NCBI GenBank assembly: GCA_964484505.1
Contig: CAZAFB010000001.1
Coordinates: 9,974 to 73,973 of the forward strand
Source of the DNA: an uncultured Bdellovibrionales bacterium
GTDB taxonomy: Bacteria; Patescibacteriota; Minisyncoccia; Moranbacterales; GWC2-37-73
DNA: 64,000 bases
Direction: 5' to 3'
Made by a program: the position numbers and the translations under genes. Below the pieces are notes generated by a model. That model worked only from the letters and a program-made list of their open reading frames with translations. It was not told the origin of the DNA and ran no database searches. Of the stretch, positions 15,779 to 26,166 are shown in pieces (within the stretch, counting starts at the first letter, position 1; every line of letters begins with the position of its first letter).

Positions 15779-17911
15779 ATGCAAAATAAAAACAAAAAAA
15801 ATATACGCCTGAGGAGAATCAGTTTTAAATGGAAAGCAATTATTGTTTTAGAAATCTTTGTTATCGTAATCAATAGCGCGATCGCTTTTGCTGTTTGGAA
15901 TAGTACTCATGCCACTTTGAGGAATTCTCTCAGAGAAGAATTAATTGCCATAGCTTCATCTTCGGCAGCCGTGATTGATGTTGAAAAACATGAAAATATT
16001 CAAGAAGGGAATGATTTTGGCAATGAAGAATATGCGAAAATCCAGATATTGCTTCAAAAAATCAAAAAAGGCAATTCGCGCATAGACGATATTTATACAA
16101 TGCGCAAAACGGACAATGAGCAGGTGTGGCAATTTGTGGTTAGTGCTGCCGTTACGGAAGATGCCGATGGTAATGGTGTCATTGATGATACTGAAACTGC
16201 TGTGGCAGTGGGGGAGGAATATGATGTCTCATCATATCCTCAGATGCAACAAGCTTTTGATTTGCCTATTGCGGATGAAGATACAAGCTGCGACAAGTGG
16301 GGATGCTGGCTTTCCGGGTATGCGCCAATATATGATGAAAATGGCAATGCCGTGGCGATTGTCGGCGTGGATATGTCTGTCAAAGATGTGCTTGCTTTTG
16401 AAAAGGAGGTCAAAATGTTTTCAATAGGTATCGTATTGGTCTTGATTATTTTCATGCCTTTTGTTTTCTATGCCGTTCTCTCATATCTGAGCAGACCTAT
16501 GAAAAAAATAATGGGAGGAATTCAAGGATTTCAAACGGATATGAAAAGCAGAATCGATATCAGAACCGGGGATGAATTCGAAATGATTGCGGTAACTTTT
16601 AACACAATGGCTGATGAGCTCCAACAGTTATATGGAAAACTCGAGGAGAAAGTAAAAGAAAAAACTTCTCAACTTGAGGATAAGATTGTTGAAATTCAAC
16701 AGCGTAATGCCAAAGACGAAGCCTTGCTAGCCAGTGTGGGAGATGGCCTTGTGGCGACAGATAAAGACGGAAAAATAATTATGATGAATCGCCATGCTGT
16801 TGAAATAATGGGAGTTAAGGACATGAACTCTCTGCTGCATGCTGACTATTGTGAGAGGGCAAATTTGGAAAATGATTTCGGAGAAGAAATTTCATATGAA
16901 GAGCGACCAGTTAGAAAAGCCTTGGCTACTGGTGCGGTAGTTTCAATAAACTGTCAACTGATTAAAGAAGATGGTTTGAAGGTGCCTCTTTCTATGACCG
17001 CTGCCCCGATCATAATGGAAGGCAAGACAATTGGTGCTATTACGGTTTTTAGGGATATAACTAAGGAGAAGGAAATAGATCGTGCTAAAAGTGAATTCGT
17101 TTCGCTTGCTTCGCATCAATTGCGAACACCCCTTTCTTCCATAAAATGGTATGCTGAAATGTTGTTGCTCGGAATGACTGGAAAGGTGGGAGCCAAGCAG
17201 CGCAAATATCTTCGTCAAATATATAGCGCCAATCAGCATATGGTAGAATTGGTTAATTCTCTTTTGAATGTTTCACGTATTGAAATGGGAACTTTTAGTG
17301 TCGATCCGGAGAAGGTTGATATCAACGAGGTTGTTCAGGAAACGGTGCGCGAAGTTCTTTCATCGATGCACGAAAAGAAAATAAACTTGGAGAAAATAAT
17401 AAACGAAGATGCGGTATTTATGAATGCGGACCCTGCTTTGATTAGGATAATTATGCAAAACCTCATTTCCAATGCGGTTAAATATACTCCCGAAGGGGGC
17501 AAGGTATGCGTAAGCGTGATGCGAGAGGAATCAAGATTGAAAAAAGACGCCCAAGGAAAGGATTTTGTAATTTCAGTTTCCGATACTGGATTGGGAATAC
17601 CAGCTGCTCAGCAGGGCAAAATATTTTCCAAACTTTTCCGCGCTGACAATGCGCGTGAACAAGTTGCTGATGGAAATGGTCTCGGGTTGTATATTATAAA
17701 ATCTATTTTGGAATCATCTGGTGGCGCTATAGATTTTCGTTCCAAGGAAAATGTCGGTACTACTTTTACGGTTCGTATTCCAGCCGAGGGAATGAAACAA
17801 CGTGAAGGGGAAAAGAGACTTAATTTATATACGCAGGTTCATTCGCATGAATTACAGCTAAACTTGAAAGCTAAAAAGGATAATAATAATTCAAAATCAA
17901 AAAATAAATGA
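15779..17911 (+). CDS. Sensor histidine kinase (Cache-like sensor, HAMP, PAS, HisKA, HATPase)
   Basis: Two TMs, ASHQLRTPL H-box, NLISNAVKY, DTGLGI, GNGLGL. Confidence 0.93.
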   Translation: MQNKNKKNIRLRRISFKWKAIIVLEIFVIVINSAIAFAVWNSTHATLRNSLREELIAIASSSAAVIDVEKHENIQEGNDFGNEEYAKIQILLQKIKKGNSRIDDIYTMRKTDNEQVWQFVVSAAVTEDADGNGVIDDTETAVAVGEEYDVSSYPQMQQAFDLPIADEDTSCDKWGCWLSGYAPIYDENGNAVAIVGVDMSVKDVLAFEKEVKMFSIGIVLVLIIFMPFVFYAVLSYLSRPMKKIMGGIQGFQTDMKSRIDIRTGDEFEMIAVTFNTMADELQQLYGKLEEKVKEKTSQLEDKIVEIQQRNAKDEALLASVGDGLVATDKDGKIIMMNRHAVEIMGVKDMNSLLHADYCERANLENDFGEEISYEERPVRKALATGAVVSINCQLIKEDGLKVPLSMTAAPIIMEGKTIGAITVFRDITKEKEIDRAKSEFVSLASHQLRTPLSSIKWYAEMLLLGMTGKVGAKQRKYLRQIYSANQHMVELVNSLLNVSRIEMGTFSVDPEKVDINEVVQETVREVLSSMHEKKINLEKIINEDAVFMNADPALIRIIMQNLISNAVKYTPEGGKVCVSVMREESRLKKDAQGKDFVISVSDTGLGIPAAQQGKIFSKLFRADNAREQVADGNGLGLYIIKSILESSGGAIDFRSKENVGTTFTVRIPAEGMKQREGEKRLNLYTQVHSHELQLNLKAKKDNNNSKSKNK

Positions 17912-18288
17912 AAGGAATGAAAAAAAAGATTCTTATCGTTGAAGATGAGGAATCACTCAGGAATGTTTTGGAAGATATGTTTGAGGCTCAACATTTTTTA
18001 GCGCTTACCGCAGAAGATGGAGCGGGGGGTCTATATAAGGCGAAGCAATCGCATCCAGACATTATTTTGACTGACATCATTATGCCCAAAATGGATGGTG
18101 TTGAATTTATAAAAAGACTGAAACAAGATGAGTGGGGAAGTAAGGTGCCGATTATCGTACTTACGAACCTGAGTGATCGTGACAAGTTGAAAACAATCAT
18201 GGAAATGGGCGTATCAGATTATCTTCTGAAGGCTGATTGGAGCCTGGGTGCTATTGTGGAAAAGGTTAATGAAACATTGGAACTATAA
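17908..18288 (+). CDS. Single-domain response regulator
   Basis: ILIVEDE, PDIILTDIIMPKMDG, YLLK; overlaps kinase stop. Confidence 0.92.
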   Translation: MKGMKKKILIVEDEESLRNVLEDMFEAQHFLALTAEDGAGGLYKAKQSHPDIILTDIIMPKMDGVEFIKRLKQDEWGSKVPIIVLTNLSDRDKLKTIMEMGVSDYLLKADWSLGAIVEKVNETLEL

Positions 18289-18298
18289 ATGAGAGAAG

Positions 18299-19417
18299 AT
18301 GAAAATTGCGATTCATACCGCGGATTTGGATCATGAACGGATCGATGGTACGCGGGTATACATATATAACTTACTAAAGAGATTTGGGGAAATTTCGCCC
18401 CAAGACTCTTTTTTGCTTTATCATCGTGGTGAATATAACCAACAACTGGAGCCGCCAAAATTTTCCAATTATGCTTTTGATACTCCTGGCTTCCCAATGA
18501 TGTGGACGCAGACCGCTTTTGCGGCAAAGGTTTGGCGAGACAAACCGGACGTACTCTGGATGCCGATGCACAACTTGCCATTTTTTCGGCGCAAAAAAAT
18601 GCAAACAGTTGTAACCATACACGACATGGCTTTCAAAAAGTTTCCCGAGTATTTCCCCAAAAAAGATCTTTGCAAGCTTAATTTTCTGGTTGATTATGCT
18701 ATCAAACACGCCGACAAATTGATTGCGGTTTCCCAATCTACTAAAAATGATATTCTGGAATTATACCCAAAGCGCCCTGAAGATTCAGTCAGAGTCATCC
18801 GTCATGGTTTTGATGAAGGATTGCTTAATAAGGAAAATAGAGATAATAATGACGAGACATTTTTGAAAAACTACAAACTAATTCCTAACACCTATCTGCT
18901 CTACGTTGGCGCTATCCAGCCGCGGAAGAATTTGGGAGTATTGATAGAAGCATTTGAAGAAATTAAAAAAGAAAAACGTGATTTTAAATTAGTGCTGGCC
19001 GGACAGAAGGCGTGGATGTGGGAAGATATTATTCGTCGGATAGCGGACAGTCCATACAAAGAAGATATTATTATCACGGGAACCATTAATTTTGCTGCAA
19101 GAAACGCCCTATATCGTAATGCTGCGGTTTTCGTTTTCCCCTCTTTGTATGAAGGTTTCGGCATTCCTATTTTGGAGGCTTTTGCTTCGGGCGTACCGGT
19201 TGTGTGCGCTCGTAATTCCAGCCTTGTGGAAGTGGGAGGGGCGGCGGCACTTTATTTTGAAACTCGAAATAGCGGCGATCTTGGCACAAAATTAAAAGAA
19301 GTTTTGAATAATGATGAACTTAGCAATAAGCTTATAACCAAGGGCTTGGAAAGAATAAAAAATTTTTCTTGGGACAGATGCGCAAAGGAAACGTTGGATT
19401 TTTTGAGAGATTGGTAA
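18299..19417 (+). CDS. Glycosyltransferase family 4
   Basis: YVGAIQPRKN, FPSLYEGFGIPILEA. Confidence 0.92.
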   Translation: MKIAIHTADLDHERIDGTRVYIYNLLKRFGEISPQDSFLLYHRGEYNQQLEPPKFSNYAFDTPGFPMMWTQTAFAAKVWRDKPDVLWMPMHNLPFFRRKKMQTVVTIHDMAFKKFPEYFPKKDLCKLNFLVDYAIKHADKLIAVSQSTKNDILELYPKRPEDSVRVIRHGFDEGLLNKENRDNNDETFLKNYKLIPNTYLLYVGAIQPRKNLGVLIEAFEEIKKEKRDFKLVLAGQKAWMWEDIIRRIADSPYKEDIIITGTINFAARNALYRNAAVFVFPSLYEGFGIPILEAFASGVPVVCARNSSLVEVGGAAALYFETRNSGDLGTKLKEVLNNDELSNKLITKGLERIKNFSWDRCAKETLDFLRDW

Positions 19418-19488
19418 GAAACAGGCTGATTGATTGTAAGAGATTATGTGCATTTGTTCTTTTAATCTGCGCCGGAAAGGAGCGGGTG

Positions 19489-19797
19489 ATGAGAAACGAC
19501 AAGCAAATTTTTGCTGAGGATATGTTATTTAGTGTCCTTCGTGCCTTGGGAGTATTAAAACACCGGCAGAGCTTAAGCGAATTTAAATCGTTGGCATATT
19601 TGAATTCTCCAGACGAGATCAAATTCGTGTTTTTTGAGGGAGGGGAAGATGTTATAGTTGCTGATTGCAAGGTAATGGAATTTGAAAACGTATTTTCCGG
19701 CACTATGCTTTTGGAATTCTCGGAAGATAAAGAAAAACTCCTTTTTTGTTTTGATGGTAAGAAATTATCTTTTAGCACGGAGGTAGGAAATGCGTAA
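19489..19797 (+). CDS. Hypothetical protein (about 102 aa)
   Basis: SD AAGGAG before ATG 19489, hairpin terminator near 19829-19860. Confidence 0.6.
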   Translation: MRNDKQIFAEDMLFSVLRALGVLKHRQSLSEFKSLAYLNSPDEIKFVFFEGGEDVIVADCKVMEFENVFSGTMLLEFSEDKEKLLFCFDGKKLSFSTEVGNA

Positions 19798-19852
19798 AAA
19801 CGATACAGAAAAGGCGCAGAATAAAATAAGGCGACCGCCAAAAGGTGTGTCG

Positions 19853-20257
19853 CTATTTTTTATGCTCATTAAGAAAAGAAGAATCAAGTACAAGAGAGAA
19901 GGATGTGGTTAGAACGACACTGATAGCCAGATTTTGCCAAAGAGGAAGTTTGAGTAAAGTATTTCCGGCCAAAAGTAATAGTAGTATTGTGAAAAAAGGA
20001 ACAAGCGGCAAATGTTTTGTTTTATGAAGCTGATAGGAAGAACCTATTTTGCGGGCGATTATTATGTTGAAAAAAAAGAGTATCGCAATTGCTATGCCAA
20101 TTGTCGCGAAAGATATGCGTCCTGATATAAATCCGGGAATTGCAGCTTCCATGAATAAGAGACCAAAAGATCCAAGGAGGAGCAGAAACAAAGCATCTTG
20201 CAATGCTACGTGGCAAAGACGCAGAATATTATTCAATCTATTGGGATTGATTTCCAT
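19853..20257 (-). CDS. Four-TM membrane protein
   Basis: Hydrophobic ORF overlapping the upstream gene end. Confidence 0.7.
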   Translation of the reverse strand: MEINPNRLNNILRLCHVALQDALFLLLLGSFGLLFMEAAIPGFISGRISFATIGIAIAILFFFNIIIARKIGSSYQLHKTKHLPLVPFFTILLLLLAGNTLLKLPLWQNLAISVVLTTSFSLVLDSSFLNEHKK

Positions 20258-21581
20258 AGTAGTTTTTCTTGATATTCAACTTAATCTGGGCCATTGAGGA
20301 AAGCATATTTCCACTATCTATCACTTTTTTAAAAATAACGTTTAGATACTTTGCTTTGATGTCAATATTTGACTGAAGGGAAAAGGCAAAGTCATTTCCT
20401 GGAAGATTGGCTAGCTGTGCCAAAGGAATTTGACAAGCAAAATTTGAATAAAATAAGGAAAATGTTTTCTCCATTTTGCAGTCGGCAAAAGTCTCAATGC
20501 TGTCGGTGTCTGCCATTATTGCTGAAGATCCTCGCAAATATAATTGGGCAGCAAGAGGGGAAATGAAACGATGTTTCTTGTTTTTTTCTATCAAGTAATA
20601 TTCTCCTGAAGCACGGTCGACAAATACTGTTCCATCAGGATGCGGCGAATCCTGAGTGAATAATTTTTGCTTTTCGTAAGCACCTAATTCTTCCGGGGTT
20701 ATGGCGATAAGATCATCCCAAGAATATCCCATGGCGGTAAAAGTGTCCACATTATCGATGGGGTAGCGTTTGCCGTCGGAAAGAATGAATACGGATTCGT
20801 TGGAAGATACAAGTGTGCCATCGCGAAAACCAATCGGTGTTCCAGATGCGGGATATTTTTCTAATAGGTCCTTGTTTACACTCTGCGCCCAAGCCTTGTC
20901 AGCGTTGGTTTCAAAAGCAGCGTTGCTCAAAAATGGAAACAAGATGCCATTTTTCAATTGATAATAGCTCTCGTCGATTTTTACAAAAGAGCCTTCGGGA
21001 AATTCATCATTGCTGATTATTGCACCAATAGCTAATAATGAAAAAACATTTTTATCGGTGCTCTGAAATGATTGTGAATCTAATTTTCTTGCTGTGAGCT
21101 GTTCTGTTGAAGCAAATTGGCGCAGTTGTCCTTGGGAAACCATGAAAAATTTTTCTCCGTCAGTTAGTAATGCTCCATCAGGGAAACTTTCTACCCCTTC
21201 TTCGGGAAAAAAGAAAGCGCGATATGATTTTTGCATGCGCACGGATATGTTTTGAGGAACTGCTGATTTTTTAGACAATTCCAGATTAACCAGCGCATGG
21301 GAATATGAACCAATAAGGTTGGTGTTGAAAATGAAAGGATGGTCGCTGGATAAGGCGCCCTTGATTACACCTTGTTCATTTATGCGCGGATCAGCCACGG
21401 TGTTTTTAAGAGCATCTGGATTATCAAAAAAATATTCAAAGGTGCGGGAAGGAAAAAGAATTTCGTGTAAGAAATATAGACCTGCTATGAAAAAGGCAAA
21501 CCAAATCATAAAGCGCGTTGCTACGGTCCAGAAGGTCCATGTGTTCAAGATGGTCTTAAGTTTTTGCTTATAAATATTCAT
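20238..21581 (-). CDS. Membrane-anchored protein with four internal repeats
   Basis: N-terminal TM; repeats starting FPDGAL, FPEGSF, FRDGTL, HPDGTV. Confidence 0.75.
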   Translation of the reverse strand: MNIYKQKLKTILNTWTFWTVATRFMIWFAFFIAGLYFLHEILFPSRTFEYFFDNPDALKNTVADPRINEQGVIKGALSSDHPFIFNTNLIGSYSHALVNLELSKKSAVPQNISVRMQKSYRAFFFPEEGVESFPDGALLTDGEKFFMVSQGQLRQFASTEQLTARKLDSQSFQSTDKNVFSLLAIGAIISNDEFPEGSFVKIDESYYQLKNGILFPFLSNAAFETNADKAWAQSVNKDLLEKYPASGTPIGFRDGTLVSSNESVFILSDGKRYPIDNVDTFTAMGYSWDDLIAITPEELGAYEKQKLFTQDSPHPDGTVFVDRASGEYYLIEKNKKHRFISPLAAQLYLRGSSAIMADTDSIETFADCKMEKTFSLFYSNFACQIPLAQLANLPGNDFAFSLQSNIDIKAKYLNVIFKKVIDSGNMLSSMAQIKLNIKKNYYGNQSQ

Positions 21582-23352
21582 AAATGGTGCCTGTTATTAA
21601 AATATCTCTTGGAGGAGGAAGTGTCATGCCTGACTTGTTCGAAAGATCCAGACGCTGAGTGTTAAAGTGGTAGTTGCGGACGGGATTTATTTTATTACCC
21701 AGTTTTTGTAGATAGTAATCTTCTGATTGTTTCGGAATAATCAAATATGTCTTAGCGAATTTTGAGTGATCTATTTTTTTCAAATCATCAACATTAAAGA
21801 TATAAGCAGTATGTTTTCCATATAAAAAGCTCAGCGGCCCGCTAATCATAGACCAGCCATCTCCTGTTGCCAAGCGATCAATTAGAATCAGGTCGTTTTC
21901 TGAAAAAGTGGAGGATAGCTCTTTGGTTTGTTCCAATAAGTATCTGTTTTCTGCGAACGTTGCATACAACTCTAGTACCATTATATTTCCCAAGATAAAA
22001 GATATTATGAAAAAAATCGTAGCTGCTTGAAAGAGTCGGCGTTGGATTACAAGAGCGCCTGCATTGAAAAATTTGGCTAAACCGATAATTGTATACAACA
22101 TGGTTATTGGCAAAGCGGCAAAAAAATAACGGCGTAACATCCAAGGATGATCCATGGAAATATGAGCATCTGCCAAATAGATGAATGTAGGCAGTGCAAT
22201 GAAGAAAGGTATTAATATGCGAAAGCGTCCTCTGATAAAAACAAGCGCAATCACAGCAATTCCGATAAGCACATAACTGATTAAACCGTAAGTCCACAAT
22301 ATTTTCCAGGAGTGAATACTTTCAATGCCAATGGCGTTCGTTATCGATCCGGTTTGTATTGCGACGGGAGAAATGATGCTTTTTATCACTTTGGCCATTT
22401 CGCGATAAAATGCCCAGTCCCTAAGTATGTTTAATGAAAATAATATTATTGCTACCAAAGAGGGAAAAATAATTGTTTTTTTAAAATTTTTGCGGATATA
22501 TTGTCTGGATGGACGATGCGTTAATATTATGGCGAAGCCTATGGGGATCATCATTAAGCCCTCAATGCGAGTCAATGCTAACAAGATAGCTGATGAGCCC
22601 CATGTAATATATGAACCGCGAGAAGCGTCCTTGCTAAATATCAGCAGCGCTAGAGCAGATATCCAGATAAGAGGCAAGGCCATGTTTTCACTAAGAGTCA
22701 AGCGCGAAAACCAAACAAAAATAAAAGATGTTCCGCAAATGAAAAAGAAAAACCAAGCCCAGAAAGGGTGAATAAAGTTACGTATGACTGCATATGAAAA
22801 AATAAGCGAAAAAGCAAAAAGGAAACTATTGGCAGCTATTAATCCGAAAAGGCCAAGAAGCGAATAACAAGCGCCGAGCCAGCTAATGTAGCCTATCGGG
22901 AATTGGGTGACAAGCGTTCCATCGGATGAATAAAAAAAGCCTGGAAAATTGAGGGCTTTGCCAGGGCCGTATATTTTGAAAAATTCTTGACTTTCCGTTG
23001 TGGAAAATGGAATCGTATGATTTTGAACCAAACGAATTACTGCTTCGCTGATTGAACCTTGATCTCGTCCAGAAAATAGGGTCGGTTCGGTGAACTGGGT
23101 CCAAAGATATGCAACGCTGAAAGATATTGTTACGATAGCAAGCAGTTCCAGAGAAATTGTGCGGTGCCAGCCTTTGAGAAAAACAAAAGTTATAAATACG
23201 AAAAAAGTGGCAAAAAACAAAGCTGCGACCAGCGGTTTCCAAAAAATGCCAAGCAATGCCAAAATTATTGCCAGCAAAGCAAAAACAACCCAAGCAAGCG
23301 CTCCGGAAAGCAAAATATTCCAATCGTTAGGAGAAAATGTTCGGTGTTTCAT
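21568..23352 (-). CDS. Polytopic membrane protein, probable GT-C fold glycosyltransferase
   Basis: About 13 TM segments, GRDQG loop motif, TLSE and TRIEG motifs. Confidence 0.65.
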   Translation of the reverse strand: MKHRTFSPNDWNILLSGALAWVVFALLAIILALLGIFWKPLVAALFFATFFVFITFVFLKGWHRTISLELLAIVTISFSVAYLWTQFTEPTLFSGRDQGSISEAVIRLVQNHTIPFSTTESQEFFKIYGPGKALNFPGFFYSSDGTLVTQFPIGYISWLGACYSLLGLFGLIAANSFLFAFSLIFSYAVIRNFIHPFWAWFFFFICGTSFIFVWFSRLTLSENMALPLIWISALALLIFSKDASRGSYITWGSSAILLALTRIEGLMMIPIGFAIILTHRPSRQYIRKNFKKTIIFPSLVAIILFSLNILRDWAFYREMAKVIKSIISPVAIQTGSITNAIGIESIHSWKILWTYGLISYVLIGIAVIALVFIRGRFRILIPFFIALPTFIYLADAHISMDHPWMLRRYFFAALPITMLYTIIGLAKFFNAGALVIQRRLFQAATIFFIISFILGNIMVLELYATFAENRYLLEQTKELSSTFSENDLILIDRLATGDGWSMISGPLSFLYGKHTAYIFNVDDLKKIDHSKFAKTYLIIPKQSEDYYLQKLGNKINPVRNYHFNTQRLDLSNKSGMTLPPPRDILITGTIYEYL

Positions 23353-23462
23353 CTGAGCCTAATTATACCTCGAGAGAGGTTATTTGCAAAGCTATATGGG
23401 ATAAGGTAAAATTAAGATGAACAAATACATAAAGGACGTATAAAACAAACAAAACATACAAA

Positions 23463-25916
23463 ATGAAAACGAGGCAGAATATTTTCGCGTGGTTTTATGA
23501 AGGCGGCTTGCATGGCCTTTTGGAATTGGAAAAGCGTTACATCTCTTTTTTGTGGCGCTTTTTTTCGATCGGCGAAATGGCCACAACTTTATTTTATCCT
23601 TGGCATCGCGACGTCACACCAAAGACTTGGCGCGGACTTCACCCCGTGCGCGCCCTGGAAGTTCTTGCGGATAACATAATTTCACGTTTACTTGGTGCGA
23701 TTATCCGTTGCCTGGTAATGATCTCGGGATTGATCATGATTTTTGTTGCGTTGCTGCTTGGACTGATCGTACTCATCTCTTGGGTTTCGTTCCCGCTTTT
23801 GACATTGGCACTTATTACCCTGCCATCTTTGCATGGTGAATTGTTACTTCCCGCGCTTGGTCTGTTGGCGGCATATTTGTTAGTGATATTTTGGTCTTAC
23901 CGTAAAGATTCGCGACTGAAAATGTCGGAACTTTCATATCGCGAGTTGGCTGTGCTGCCTGTTTTCGAGCGTATTGCCGCCAGAATGGGCATATCTTCCA
24001 AGAATGTCCCAAGGGAATTATTGGAAAGCGAAGAATTGTTCAGTCAATATTTGAGGCAGTATGATTTAACATACGAAGATTTCAAAAAGATTGTTGGATA
24101 TGAATGCAGAATTTGGGATGAAAAAAATGTGCAAAATGATTTTTGGAGTGCGGAAAATTTGGAGAAAATAATGCCGGTTGGCATGCAGTGGCGTTACGGT
24201 TATACGGTTAATTTGGATCATTATGCAGTGGATCTAAGCGTGGGTGACCCGACTGAATATCGAGATTCAAAATTGGTTGGAAGGGAAGATGAAAGAGAAA
24301 TTGTCAGTATGCTTTTACAGCGTCCCGATCAAAATTGTGCACTTCTGGTCGGTCCCGCAGGTATTGGCAAGAAAACACTGATTCATTCTCTGGGTAAACA
24401 AATCAGGCAAGGGGAACTTGGAGGGTATTTTGCTCACAAACGACTATTACTTTTAGATATTGGCAGTGCCATTTCCGATTGTTTGAACAAGGGAGAGGAT
24501 GTGGAAAATATGCTTAGGAATATTTTTACCGAAGCGGCATATGCGGGCAATATCATTTTGGTTATCGAGCATATTGAACACTATTTGGGCAAGCAGGAAA
24601 ATACTTTTCATCCTGATATTTCCTTGGTGCTGAGTGAATATTTAAGCTTAGCCTCTTTTCAACTCATTGCTACTTCCACGCCGCACGAATATCACACCTT
24701 AATCGAGAAGCAGGAATCGATAGCTAAATATTTTCAGGTGGTGGAGTTGCGTGAACCTTCACACGAGGAAACATTGGAGATATTGTTGGAAAAAATAAGG
24801 TGGTATGAGTTAGGGAAGATCCTGTTTACTTGGCAGGCACTGGAAACAGTTATCAGAGATGCGGAAAAATATAATTGGCACGATCCGATGCCGGAGAGAG
24901 CGCTGGATTTGGCCATGGAAGTTCTTACGGCATGGCAAGGCAAACAAGATACGGAGTTCATAACTTCTGAAACGATAAATGAATATTTAACCTTGAAAAC
25001 TGGTGTTCCGCAAGGAGAACTTAATGCAGGAGAGAGGAAAAAACTACTTAATTTGGAAGAATCTCTGCACCGATATGTGATCGGACAAGAAGAGGCAGTA
25101 GATCAAATTGCTGAGGCACTGCGCCGAGTGCGCTCCGGCATAGGCGATGATAAAAAACCGATTGGCAGCTTTCTTTTTCTGGGTCCGACGGGGGTTGGGA
25201 AGACCGAAACGGCCAAAGCTTTGGCAAGGGCCTATTTTGGTGACGAAAAACACATGATCCGTTTGGATATGAGCGAATATCAAAATCCCTCTTCCGTGGA
25301 TCGTTTGATTGGTAATGCTAATTTGAATCAACCAGGACAGCTTGTGATACATGCCAAAGAAAATCCTTATACGCTCTTGCTTTTGGACGAAGTTGAGAAG
25401 GCCTATCCTTCGGTGCTGGATCTTTTTCTGCAAATTTTGGATGAAGGATTCGTGACGGATGCATTTGGGGAGAAAATCAATTTTCGCAGCATGATAATCA
25501 TAGCTACCTCCAACGCGGGGGCGCCATTGATAAAAGAACTTGTGCAGCGAGGAGAGGATGCGGAGGATATCAAACAAAAAGTTATTGACCAAGTTATTGA
25601 AAAAGGGGTTTTTCGTGTGGAATTTCTAAACCGTTTCGACGGAGTAATTTTCTTCAAACCTCTCAATGATGGGGAACTGCGTAGCGTGACGAAACTTATT
25701 TTACAAAAACTCTCTCGCAGGCTCGACAAGGAAAAAAATATCGAAGTAACTTTCGGTGATTCAGTGGTCGAAAGCATTATTGCTAGCGGCTATAATCCAA
25801 TGTTTGGCGCAAGGTCCTTGAATCGTTATGTTGAGCATACCGTTGAAGATCTTATCGCACGCAAAATCATCGAGGGGGGAGTTAAGAGGGGGGAGCGAAT
25901 CTCTGTGGAGTTGTAA
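23463..25916 (+). CDS. ClpA/B/C-like AAA+ ATPase with N-terminal membrane segments
   Basis: NBD2 GPTGVGKTE, RLDMSEY, LLLDEVEKA, EFLNRFD, GARSL; degenerate NBD1; hydrophobic N terminus. Confidence 0.88.
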   Translation: MKTRQNIFAWFYEGGLHGLLELEKRYISFLWRFFSIGEMATTLFYPWHRDVTPKTWRGLHPVRALEVLADNIISRLLGAIIRCLVMISGLIMIFVALLLGLIVLISWVSFPLLTLALITLPSLHGELLLPALGLLAAYLLVIFWSYRKDSRLKMSELSYRELAVLPVFERIAARMGISSKNVPRELLESEELFSQYLRQYDLTYEDFKKIVGYECRIWDEKNVQNDFWSAENLEKIMPVGMQWRYGYTVNLDHYAVDLSVGDPTEYRDSKLVGREDEREIVSMLLQRPDQNCALLVGPAGIGKKTLIHSLGKQIRQGELGGYFAHKRLLLLDIGSAISDCLNKGEDVENMLRNIFTEAAYAGNIILVIEHIEHYLGKQENTFHPDISLVLSEYLSLASFQLIATSTPHEYHTLIEKQESIAKYFQVVELREPSHEETLEILLEKIRWYELGKILFTWQALETVIRDAEKYNWHDPMPERALDLAMEVLTAWQGKQDTEFITSETINEYLTLKTGVPQGELNAGERKKLLNLEESLHRYVIGQEEAVDQIAEALRRVRSGIGDDKKPIGSFLFLGPTGVGKTETAKALARAYFGDEKHMIRLDMSEYQNPSSVDRLIGNANLNQPGQLVIHAKENPYTLLLLDEVEKAYPSVLDLFLQILDEGFVTDAFGEKINFRSMIIIATSNAGAPLIKELVQRGEDAEDIKQKVIDQVIEKGVFRVEFLNRFDGVIFFKPLNDGELRSVTKLILQKLSRRLDKEKNIEVTFGDSVVESIIASGYNPMFGARSLNRYVEHTVEDLIARKIIEGGVKRGERISVEL

Positions 25917-25939
25917 AATATGGAATATGAATATAAAAG

Positions 25940-25968
25940 AAACCCGCATTAATGTTTAATGCGGGTTT
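25940..25968. terminator. Bidirectional terminator
   Basis: AAACCCGCATTA...TAATGCGGGTTT between convergent genes. Confidence 0.75.
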
Positions 25969-25988
25969 TGGTAGATAAGATTGTCTTA

Positions 25989-26126
25989 TCATCGTGCCCA
26001 AGGTGGCACTGGTTTGGTATTGGGGGTAACTTTCGGTGGCGCGGATTTTTTAAAGTGCCTTATAATGATAATGAAAAAAAGGCATACTAGTGCTGCTAAT
26101 AGTAAAACAAAAAACAACTTTAACAT
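25989..26126 (-). CDS. 45-aa single-TM peptide MLKLFFVLLLAALVCLFFIIIIRHFKKSAPPKVTPNTKPVPPWAR (not in ORF track)
   Basis: SD AAGGAGGT, own promoter, TM helix with basic Pro-rich tail. Confidence 0.7.
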   Translation of the reverse strand: MLKLFFVLLLAALVCLFFIIIIRHFKKSAPPKVTPNTKPVPPWAR

Positions 26127-26166
26127 GGGATGTTACCTCCTTTTGTAAAATAATAAACAACTGACC

